A stretch of 64,000 bases of DNA from Octopus vulgaris (Eukaryota): the NCBI GenBank assembly GCA_951406725.2, contig OX597815.1:86552001-86616000 (forward strand), read 5' to 3'. Under the pieces are notes generated by a model that was not told where the DNA came from, ran no database searches, and was given only the letters and a program-made list of their open reading frames with translations. Made by a program: the position numbers and the translations under genes. Positions 53,072 to 64,000 of this stretch are shown one piece after another. Position 1 is the first letter of the stretch. Each line of letters starts with the position of its first letter.

Positions 53072-55353
53072 ATTATTCGAAATTACCTCAAAAGTTTTAC
53101 GTGAAATATATACACTCCAAGTCATCCACAGCCAAATAAATTTCTGTTGAGTAATTAATTCGATAGGAAAATGTCTTGAGTTGTCACAACAATTCCAATT
53201 TTCATAGCCACTTTGCCATCCATTTTTCCATTTATATGTTTTGGTTGCGTCAAATTTTGAAACCAACCTATTGTCCATTTTTAGAGGAAATATTTTCAGC
53301 AATAAAGACTTTTCTGTTGACTACGATTATGATTTCAATCAATTGAACATTGTCCACGACTTAAATGTTGTAAATTTAAGTTATTAAAAATAGTTAAATA
53401 AATACATTAATGAATAAATAAATGTGATATGACTCTCCTTGGAATTACGCCAGGGAAATAAAAAAAATTTTTCATAAAATTCTCACCGGTTTCTAGAATG
53501 CCATGTATATTACTGTATCTTGTATTTATTTAACGACCGTTAGGCCTTATCAGACGTATTGTATAATATTGTTTCTACTTAGTGCTTGTTATCATTTGTG
53601 TTAATTTAAACGTCCTCTAATGCTTAATATCTTAAATACATGTTTCTTGCTTAATTATGCTAAAAGCTTACGATGGAATTGAAATACAAAATATACAGAA
53701 TATTGTTTTAACATTAATTGTTGATATTTTATTGCATTGATATTTGATATCTCGTAAGATATGAATATTATAAATTTGTCGATACAATCGAACTCATTAT
53801 TTTACAGTTGCAAATAATAGGAAACATTTTAATATTTTAGTAATTTTACACGAGTAACTGTAAAAGCAAATTACAGACACGATAAAAAGTGTACGCAATA
53901 TTGACTTTCAACATAGCCATTTATAATAAGTTGCCCTTTTACATTCTTTAATTGTGTCGTTCATTTGACTACGACTGAGTGGAGTACAGACTGGAGTACG
54001 AGCTAAAATGTGCAAAAAGCTTTTGTGCATTATTTCGACATTAATATACTTTATTTCATATTTATACTATCGACAACAAATCAAACAGAAGAAAAGTACA
54101 AGTAGATATAATTTGATGTAATCAAGTACAGCTAGCTATGTTGCTCGAAGCTTACAGTGTTATGAATTGTACCGTCTTTCTCTATAGCGTGTGAGCCTTT
54201 CATTCTTTCGGTTTCATTTAAGCAGAGCACCAGAAAAGCATTAATGTCGATCTAATCGACTACACGTTCCTCCAAAATTCATGTCTTGAACACCATTTAG
54301 AAAGAATTATTCGAAATTACCATATCAAATTATATATGATTTGATGTAGTCCGTTACAGATAAACATATAATTTTCAAGTCTACTTCATAAATGAATAAC
54401 CGTCCAGCAACAAAACTGTTATTTTTGTCGAAAAGAAGCCGAGACGTATATAAAATAAAGAGCTTTCCGTTTTTGCATGCTGGGCTAATGGTGTTCAAAC
54501 AAAAATCACTCATTCTTATGAACAATAGTGGAAATGCATTATTTCTCATGGATAATTAGGTATTGTAGCAAGAATTTATACATTTGTGGTTAAATATATA
54601 TATGAATAATTGAGAAAGATGAAAGAAATATGTTCATGTCTGTAAGGAAATATACACGACTGCAAAGGCTATATTGAATTTGCATAAAATTAACTAATTT
54701 GTAAACCTAAGATAATGATCTAAGTGTTTCTCATAAAGTTAAAGACACTACCTTAATAGACAGTACAAGGTTATAATATATAGATATATTAAAAAAAGTT
54801 CACTGGTAATGTAATTAATCTACAGGTGGTGTGAATTTGATATTCTTTAGAAAGGGTCTATAAAAAGGGTGGGGTTTGATAAATATCTCTATGCACCTTA
54901 CATGAATCTATATTCATATTTGTGAGGTTTGCTTTAGATTTGATATTAGGCCTGCACTTACTTGGGCTCTAAAAAAGTTACTATTTGAAGGTATATGATG
55001 AAAGTTATTTTATGTCGATGGTACTAGTAAGGTCTCTCCTAAATATATTTATTCATTGATATGTTGGGATAAAGCCAACTCATCATTTCTATATAATTTG
55101 ATATTGTTATGGTAATAGTATCAAAAGTGTGAAATTCAAAAATATCATATCTCTTTTCTCTATCAAATGAGACTACACAAACATCAAACAAAAATGCAGG
55201 ATCCAGTTTTATAAAAAGTTTGACTTAATTTTAGCAGCCATAATACTTTTATTATAATGATATTTATTGCTATATACCATACTGAAACCTAGGCTGCTAA
55301 TATGTAGGATGACAAAATTTGACAATATTGAATGGAGTAAACGCGAAGGCGTA

Positions 55354-55392
<39 letters not shown>

Positions 55393-55703
55393 GTTTATTT
55401 ATTGATATATATATATATGCACGCATAACCACCTTTTATATTTTTACATATTACATCACTGTACATAAATCCCCTACTAAACAAGGCCCCTTTTTTAAAC
55501 CTGTCTCCTTTCTGTACACATATTTATTCCCCACCCAAAACCTAAACAGTTATCTCCCTTACACACAACAATAACAATAATAACAACCAATTACCTCACT
55601 TTACTTGTCAACTTGTAAAGTCATTCACTCGTGAATTTCATTACAAACAACATGGACCAAATTTCTTCTTAAGAAAACATATATATTCATATAAATTAAA
55701 CAT

Positions 55704-55740
55704 TATATCATGAATAGCGATTGGGAAACCGGTCGATATA
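55704..55740 (+). ncRNA. Minimal type I hammerhead-like ribozyme with A3-U8 covariant core
   Basis: tatatc-ATGAATA-gcgattgg-GAAA-ccgg-TC-gatata: 6-bp stem I, palindromic stem III ACCGGT, GUC cleavage triplet; stem II poorly paired. Confidence 0.6.
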
Positions 55741-55837
55741 TTAAAAATTATATTAAATCCATGTAAGTGTGCGTATTTTCCTTTTTTAATTTCTAATATA
55801 CCACGTGGTGACAACCGAAATTTCTCTTTTCTGTTAC

Positions 55838-55892
<55 letters not shown>

Positions 55893-55967
55893 AGAAATGG
55901 TAAGACAACAAAAGAATGAAAGAGACCTCGATATTATGTAAATAGAGGAATTTATCTGTACAGATAT

Positions 55968-56058
<91 letters not shown>

Positions 56059-56889
56059 TATGTATATATATTATCAAACCAGCTAAATAATGAGCTGGCG
56101 CTATTCCACTGTTGTTGGTTGACTTCTGTTACATATGATACGCTCTTCGTGTTTAGCTAGGCTCTCTAAGCTATTATCTAACTTAATTTTATGAACTGTG
56201 TTTTTGTTTTTTTATGATATTTATATCAATATAAGTTTACATGTAAGTCTTCTCATATTTCTTGGTATTATGCTTAAGGAATTCTGTCTTAATATACATA
56301 AATACCTTCAGAAGAGTCCTCGGCCCTTTCATGGGCATAGAAAACTCCGTAAAATGAATAAACGTAAATTACAAGTGACTAAAATTAGTTAATATATCTT
56401 TTGTCACATACTTTGTGAAAATCACAAGGTTGTTCCGTTAAACACTTATTTACCATGCGTCTGGCCTTAACCATTTAATTTGGAACGAATAAATTTTCAC
56501 TTCTGTAGAGTTATTTATGTTTGGGTGTCTCTTTGCATGGATTATAAGCTCCCAAAACTGCTAACGCTCTACTACGAAGCAAGAAGCCAGCCAAGCGTAT
56601 GGGAAGACCTTTGGGCTATAGAGATGCCTATTTGGTGGATAGAATGTAAAATCTATCAATATACATAGCTTGTGAAGCTTTACGTGATTCCATTAACAGG
56701 GAAATACATCTAAAGGAATATACGTGGCTCCCGTCGCAAGATGTTGGGCCTTTTCTACAGCCTCAGTTGTGCAGCATCACCGTATGGGACAGCCTTATCT
56801 TCCTATTCCTATTTAGTAGTCCCACCAAAGAGTTTATTGTAGCGCAAACAAACGACTACTACAGTTTCAATGCGAGAAAAGGGAACAAT

Positions 56890-57436
56890 TGTAGGACGAA
56901 GAAATTAGTGGAGACGAGAGAGAATAAGCCTTAGACAAAGGCAGTTGGTGCACTAATAAATCTTATAGTAAGAGTTTGGAATATTTTCCAAAAATACAGA
57001 TTGCCAGGATTCGGAGCGAGTAGAGATACCATCGTATCGAAGAGATGTCTGTGCAGGTGTGGAGAAAGAGTTAGTGAGCATAAATGTGGAGATCAGTTAA
57101 CAGCGACCGTGGAAATGATGGTAATTTACCTGGTGAAATATCATGTAGACGTACTTTCATCGTTATCTGGTATCACAAACGGAAGATTAAAACAGTAACT
57201 GAGTACACAGCCACTGCCATCATCACAGAGTAACACACTGTTATGGCGAGAGTCATTTACACCCTTAGTGGATGGGGAAGAATGGTCTAGTAGATCTCTT
57301 ATAAAGTCGGTAGTAGTCGTGGAGAGAGCATTTTAGTAGTCTCGCGAAGTACGTTGTGTGAACATATTGATAAAACCTTCGCTTCATTAATTTATATATC
57401 CAACGTGTAACCAAAGAAACCAAAGAAAAATAATCA
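56890..57436 (+). mobile_element. Candidate 5' LTR of the Gypsy element
   Basis: Starts TGTAGG, ends aataatCA directly before PBS-like tTGGcatggaag and the gag ATG; no second LTR for confirmation. Confidence 0.45.
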
Positions 57437-60400
57437 TTGGCATGGAAGACATGCTGGCTTGCGTGGTGCAGTTGCAACAGCAACAACAGTAACAATACCA
57501 GTTATAACAACAACATCAACAGCAACAACATCAATACAAACAGTTACTAGAAGTAATGTTGAAGACGTCTGTAAATACTTCAGGTTCGTTCTCGTTAGAT
57601 AGCGTAGCAAATTCAATTAGAGAATTTATTTATAACCCAGAAGTAAGTACTACTTTTTCTGTATATTTTAGAAGATACGAAGAAATCTTTAAAGAAGAAT
57701 GTAAAAATTGAAATGACGAGACTGTGCGACTACATTTAAGAAAGTTATCCCCTGCCAGTCAAGAAAAATACTGTAACTGTATTCTGCCGAAGAAACCAGG
57801 TGAAATTTGATTCGATGAAACAGTTAATTTGTTCTAGAGAATTTTCAGTGAAAGGAGTTCCCTGTTCAATACTCGTTGGCAATGACGAAATTCAGTTTAA
57901 AAAGATGAAGATTTCGTCACCTAGGTCGTTAACAGAGAGTGTGAAAATTAACCCCGGATTTGCTCAAAAGTCTAATTTTTGTTCAAGGGTTAATGGCAAG
58001 AAATGATGCTGATATACGCTCCCGTATACTAGCAAAATTAGAACAGGATCAAATATTAACTCTACAGACAGTGGCTAAAGAATACTAGTGGATTATAAAT
58101 TTAAAACATGACGTGGATAAAACTGAAGAAAAAGATGGCTCTCAGATACATGCCTGTCGACCTGAAACGGATAAGCGAAAAGAAAAACGAACGTCAAGAC
58201 CAAATCCATGGTATGGATGCGGAGATTTACATTTTAAAAGTAATTGTCCTTTTAAAAATCGTAAATGTTTTGATGTGGAAAAATCGGATATAAAAGCTCA
58301 CGTTTTATAGCGAAACAAAATAAAAGTGTCGAACTAATAAGATTCTAGAAAGAATGTAGTGTTAAAACAAATTCTAAGCGAAACTCAGAAAAGAAACTTT
58401 CTGTCCATAAAATTGAATAATGGGAACAAGTTAAAATTGGATATAAGCAGTGACATCACGATAATTAATACAGAGTCATGGAGAAAATAGGGGAAAATAG
58501 ATTAAAGGAAACTTCAAAAATTGTGCGATGTGTTTCAGGAAAAAATTTGCATTTTATGGGCGACATAATAAGTGATGTTACATTTCGTGGAAAAACTTTG
58601 AAAGCCAAATACAACAAATTTATTTGGGACTGACTTGTAAAAATGTGAATGGTTCCTCCGCCAGTGCAAAGAAGGCATCGGGGGATCTTAAAAATAGTTA
58701 AAACAAATTCTTCTTTAAGTTTTTTTCTGGGGAATTGGGTTTGTGCATCAAAACAGAGGCGAAGTTTCAATTGAAAGAAAACACTATACCGGTATTTAAA
58801 TCTAAATGAAGAATTGGATAGACTTGAAAAGTTTGGCATTATTGATTACCCAGAATGGGTGTCTCCAATAATTTATGTCAAGAAAATAATAAAATCCGAG
58901 TATGCGCTGATTTTTCAACGCGATTAACTGAATAATCGATGCCATATAATTACCCGTTACTACGCCTGGAGGAAATTTACATGAACTTGAATGGAGGATT
59001 TTTTTTGTTTTCAAAGTTGGACCTATCTGAAGCCTATTTTCAGTTAAAATTTGATGAGAAATGTTCAAAATGCCCATAAAGGCTTGCATAAATCTAATCG
59101 ACTCACTTTTGGTATAGATTATGGACATTAGACTCGCAGGTACGGATTTCGCTGTAGCTTACCTTCATGACATACTTATAAAAAGTAAATCTCGAGATTA
59201 GCATGCTGAGCATGTTAAAAATGTCTTTGAAAAGAACAAAAGAGTATGGTTTTAAGCTCAACGACGAAAAGTGTAAATTTTGCATGCCAAGAATAAAATA
59301 TCTAGGGCAGAGTATTGATGAAAACGGACGTAGACCAGGCCCTTCTAGGGCGAGTGTAATAAAAAATATGCCTTCCCCCAACGAACAATACAATGTGAGA
59401 AGCATTTTGGGGCTTGCAAATTATTACCAAGTATACATACTGAATATGCACGATTTAAGAGCACCCCTTGTTAAAAAAAAGACGTTAAGTGGAACTGGTC
59501 GGACAAATGCCAAAAAGCTTTTTAAAAAATTTAAATGTCTTAACATCGGAATGTCGTTATCACATTTTGACCCGAATTTAGAAATGGTAGAGGCAGCATA
59601 TGCTAGTGAAAGTGGTATTGGAGTTGTGATTTTGCACAAGAATGAAGATGTTAGCCTGAAAGCAGTAGCTCATGCTTACCGTCATTTATTGCCCGTTGAA
59701 AAAAGCTACAGTAAAAAATGAAGCATTAGCCATCATATCTGCGGTAAATAAAACTTCCATAAATTTATTCATGGAAAAAGGTTCCCTCCAATTATGGTCG
59801 ATCTATGGATCAAAAAAGGGTATTCCTACTCATACAGCCAGCAGACTGCAGCACTGGGGAACGATCCTATTGAATTACGACTTCAAAATGGAGCATTTGT
59901 CATCGAAAAGATGGTTTGTCAAGATTAATACCAAAATACAGTGAACCACTAGAAGATACAGTGATAGCGGCGGTAAAAGCCGAAAATAAAAAATATATAT
60001 ATATTGTGCAATGTTGTGCGTGAATTGCCTTTGACACTAAGGCAGAGATGGACGAGTTTATCATAAAAATGAAAACAATAATGAGGTCAGAAGAAACAAA
60101 AAAAGAGTACCTGTGGATGGACGTAACACAGTTTCGAATTTGTATTCAATAAATGATATTGTTTTTAACTATGCACAGAGGGACGTAATGCCTACCTTAC
60201 TACGAGGTCGAATGTTAAAGGAATTTTCGCACTGAACATCCAGGAATTTCTAGAATGAAGTCGCTTATGAGGAGTTTACTGGCCAAAAATGGATCTAGAT
60301 ATCAACTTGGTACAATCCTGCAGATCTGCAGCGAAAGCACCACCTATAAAATTTCAACCTTAGCCCAAGACCGATATTCCATGGTCCAGAATACACATAG

Positions 60401-61040
60401 ATATCGCGGGACCGTTAAACCGATCATATCATCTAATCGTGGTAGATAGCTTTAGTAAATGGCCAGAAATGTGTAAATGCAGAAAACCGACATCCACGGT
60501 TGAATTTCTACACGAACTTTTCCCTAGGTATGGTGTCCTGGATACCATAGTCTCCGATAACGGTATACAAATCACGGCGAATGAATTTAAGAATTTTTGC
60601 AAGTACTCAATTGAACATATTACTACTACTCCGTTTTGCGCAAAATCTAACGGACAAGAGGAAAAGTTCATGGATACATTTAAAAGCACATTAAAAAAAT
60701 CAATAAAGTAGCTAGTCGATGACGCAGCATTGACACAGTCCTGGAGGGTTAATAGGATAACACCAAACCCAAACGCTTTTTCAGGCAAGTCGCCTGCGAA
60801 ACTAATGTTTGCTCGAAAAATTAAGTCAAATTTTGACAAGCTGCTACCAGTAAGAAAAAGAAATAGGGAAAACACTAAAAATACGACAAAGTATTTTGAT
60901 GTCGGTGACAAAGTTTTTTCAAAATATATAAAAATGGAAGACATGGTTGGGAAGACGGAGTAGTAACAAAAAGATTAAATAAAATGACATATACGATAAG
61001 AGGCGAAAAATGGGAACACAACGGGCATTTAAACCAGTGA
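57437..61040 (+). mobile_element. Degenerate Ty3/Gypsy (Mag-like) retrotransposon internal region, gag-PR-RT-RH-IN
   Basis: Gag NSIREFIYNPE..TFSVYFRRYEEIF; knuckle region PWYGCGDLHFKSNCPF; PR LDISSDITII; RT FSKLDLSEAYFQ, KCKFCMPRIKYLG; RH ASESGIG; IN VDSFSKWPE, IVSDNG, SNGQEEK. Confidence 0.92.
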
Positions 61041-62175
61041 AAAAATAGATATACACTTCTAACACCTGATCTCCTGTTACTGTCAACTCAGTGATCCAGT
61101 ATTATACATTTCCATATAAGGCTTCTCAAGTTTTCTGCTACTCTATAACAGTTCTCATTATCCAAGACTGTGGTATCGTATTATATGCCTTATAATAATC
61201 AATCCATATCATGCTCAAAATTATGTGTTTTCATTTACAGTTTCGGATAATTAGTTTATCGATTAACTACTGGCTATTCGTTCCCCGACTCCTCATTCGA
61301 CATCGTTTCTGTTCAATTGGTAGCAGTTCGTATTTCTTTAAATATCCACACAATTCGCCGGTCAAAATACTGACAGTGGTTTCCACATTAGCTGACGACA
61401 CGTTATTGGTTGAAAGTTGGATACAATTTTACCCTTGTCAAGTTGCTTTACACATAACAATGTCTTTCCTTTTGTCATCCAGCTGGGTACTGAGTCTTTT
61501 TGAAAGCACTTATCCAGCTGTTCTGCTATCCTTTCATGGAGTTTTTTTGGCTCCTTCAACCAATATCCTTGGATACCATCAGGCCCTGGGCTCTTCCAAT
61601 TTGGTGTTTTACCTACCTGTCTTTTTAATTTTCTTGTATTTATTTTCATGCTGTTTTGATCCTATATATTTATTAGCCTATCTTGGATTTCATACAACCA
61701 CTTTGCATTATCATTATGCTTTACAAGTCGATCCTAGATCTCCGCTCAAAATGCTCTGCTTTTGTTTGCATCAGATATCAATGTTAGGTGTACCTAAATA
61801 TCTGGTTCTGGAACAGTTTTTTTTTTCTGATTAGCTTCAAACATTCTGTTCTTTTTGAACTGCTTTGTTCTCTTCCCATAGCTTTCAAATTTTGATTGCT
61901 ACTGTTCTTTGTATCAATTCTTCCAATATTACATCATATCCATTATCTTTTATTCTATATGTTCTTTCCAGCCTTTTGCTTACGCATCCTGTTGATCATA
62001 ATCGTATCCCTTTAGTATAGCTTTTCACATTTCTGCTTCATTTTCTGACTATGCATTTACATCTTGCCCTATATCTTCATTGCACCATTCATTCCTCTCT
62101 CCTTAAAATCCCCTTTTACTGGCTTGTAATCCAGCACTCAATTACAGTTAGGTTAAAGTTGTTGTTGTTAGTTTC
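61040..62175 (-). mobile_element. Internal fragment of an R4/Dong element
   Basis: NWKSPGPDGIQGYWLK, PSWMTKGKTLLCVK, NFQPITC..LMWK. Confidence 0.85.
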
Positions 62176-62179
62176 TTAA

Positions 62180-63700
62180 AACTTTTATTAATATAGATTC
62201 CCACTTTTACACAGAAACAGAACCACGGGTACGCTCTATGTGTATCATTCGAAGCGAAATTAACTTCATAAAACGACTCAGATTTTCTTCGCATTTATTA
62301 AATAATTCATAGAATGCCTCATATTTTTAGACACTTTGCTCCAGAGAAATAGCTCTTACAATTTGGAGTCTAGGCTAAGTTTAGTGCATTGAAATCCACT
62401 AACATAACCATAACTTCCTCTTTATCACGGGGTCTTTTGAAAGCTCATTTGTCTGCCGGTTTAAGTTATATGCGACTCTTGCCGCATACGAACACTTTTA
62501 GAGAAAATTTTATTTCAAATATTTACTTTACAAAATCGTAAGAGCTATCCTTGAAATATGTTCCAATTGTATTAGTTTTGTTTTCGTTCTTTATATACCT
62601 TTAACATTCTCTGTGTAAAATTTTGTTCTGAGGAATCCATGGGAACCAATATTATAGCAGTTAAAGGAACAAAGTCGACAGTGGTTCTTAAAGATTGTTG
62701 CATGCCACTTCTAACGTTCTTCTTATGTTTTTCTTTTATTAAGTTGAGTCGGTATCGGAGTATCTAAAGTACGACCACAGGTGCCATCCAGCCTAAACTT
62801 CGATAGGTGCTTTTCTTCTGTATGCTCCTTTTATTTTGGTATGTGAGGATTTTATAAGTTTGTTTTAAGATTTATGATTCCTATTATATCTATGCTACGT
62901 AAGTTTATAATACCTTCGTGTGGTTGTCATTGCGTGCACCACAATATGAAGGTTTGATGAATACAGTACCGAAACATCTGTATACGTGAATGGACAAAAA
63001 AACATTTATGTATGAAGAAACTGAAATTATCTCTAAAAATATCAAGATGTGTTCTAGGATGCATACCAATCACCATTTATCGACAGCTGCGATAATTCCT
63101 TTCATTTCCTGAATCTACGTATCATTTTCTTGTTTTGTTGCCAAACTACTTTTACTTCTTTTTCCCTTGAAATTATTTTCACTTACATTTTGTAAATTTT
63201 TTCTGTGAGAAACAAAACTACGGAACGTTTCAATCCCTAGAATTGTATGTTTGCTTTGTTGAATCCTCCTGTTAAGCCACATTCCTTTGCTTTCCATTCA
63301 TCATTGGATGAATAAAAGAATGTAATCCCCAAGAACATAATTTTTCAGATTAGAAACGTGTCTTGGTGACATGATTTTATAGTTATAGGGTCTCTAGCAG
63401 ATAGTTGCACTACGGTGCCACTAATATATTCATATAGCCCTTTCTCATATGTGATGGCAAAAACATGTCATTGTGCCTTCGTTCTACAGTCAACAGTATT
63501 GATTGCACAAACTGACGAAAGTTTTGTAATTTTTGAATCGAACAATATTTCCATCTGTGAAGAACATCATACGAGCAATATTAAATTCTAAGCCTGAATT
63601 GCCAAAGTGTTATGATGGCGTTAATGTGAGATTGTTACCACGAACTATATACCTTACAACATCTACTTACTTGTAGTATCACACTCAAGTGTTTAATATG
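62180..63700 (-). pseudogene. Highly decayed DNA-transposon transposase, Sola-like (tentative)
   Basis: Minus-strand remnants in plausible order: CHH..., CCDP-like, W..SRIA..F, RPRDKEEV, FYELF..LSRF..L...; recognised by motif pattern only. Confidence 0.35.
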
Positions 63701-64000
63701 GTTCAAGCCATATAATATATATAGCACATCCCCATTCTATGTTCTTAAAATCTTCAGCACCGAACTGCTCAAAGTTTACAATCAAAGGACTAAATTTTGA
63801 ATACTGTCTTAATGAACAATCTGCTAATGGTGGTTATCACAAAACGGCCGCCAAGTGCCGATGGTATTCTGTCAAAAGCATTTTTATTCTTCGGGGAACA
63901 GATAACTCTATTCTAACAATCATTAATTTCACCTTTTGATAGATTATGCAAACACACATAGTGTTTTCCATTATCTGGCGGTGGAAAACATTCTTTATAG

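Noticed and set aside
61211-61834. 207-aa plus-strand ORF (also 10819-11331 and 30102-30428)
   Set aside because: Antisense shadows of retrotransposon coding regions.
62950-62990. TTGATGA...GAAAcatctgTA motif
   Set aside because: No stem I pairing; lies within a probable transposase remnant.

Overview
AT-rich, microsatellite-dense eukaryotic (metazoan) DNA. It is most likely intergenic or intronic sequence from a coleoid cephalopod (Octopus-like), judged from recognisable tRNA-derived SINE families; the species assignment is an inference. No intact host gene is evident (at most one or two candidate exons), and most listed ORFs are microsatellite artefacts. The window is dominated by decayed mobile elements: about 8 R4/Dong-clade RLE non-LTR retrotransposon copies (five clustered at 16-30.6 kb, most junctions falling in trinucleotide microsatellites), a HERO-clade 3' fragment, a Mag-type Ty3/Gypsy element with one candidate LTR, mariner, a probable Sola-like transposase remnant, a CR1/L2-like RT remnant and many SINEs. 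The most unusual signal is a dispersed set of short non-coding units in or near (TA)n/(TG)n tracts that carry minimal hammerhead-ribozyme-like motifs with non-canonical cores. These include an A3-U8 covariant at 55704-55740 and CUUGAAGA cores at 36245-36288 and 14247-14340. One motif is duplicated in inverted orientation at the centre of a ~470-bp palindrome (35988-36460). Boundaries were read by eye and are approximate for degenerate elements.
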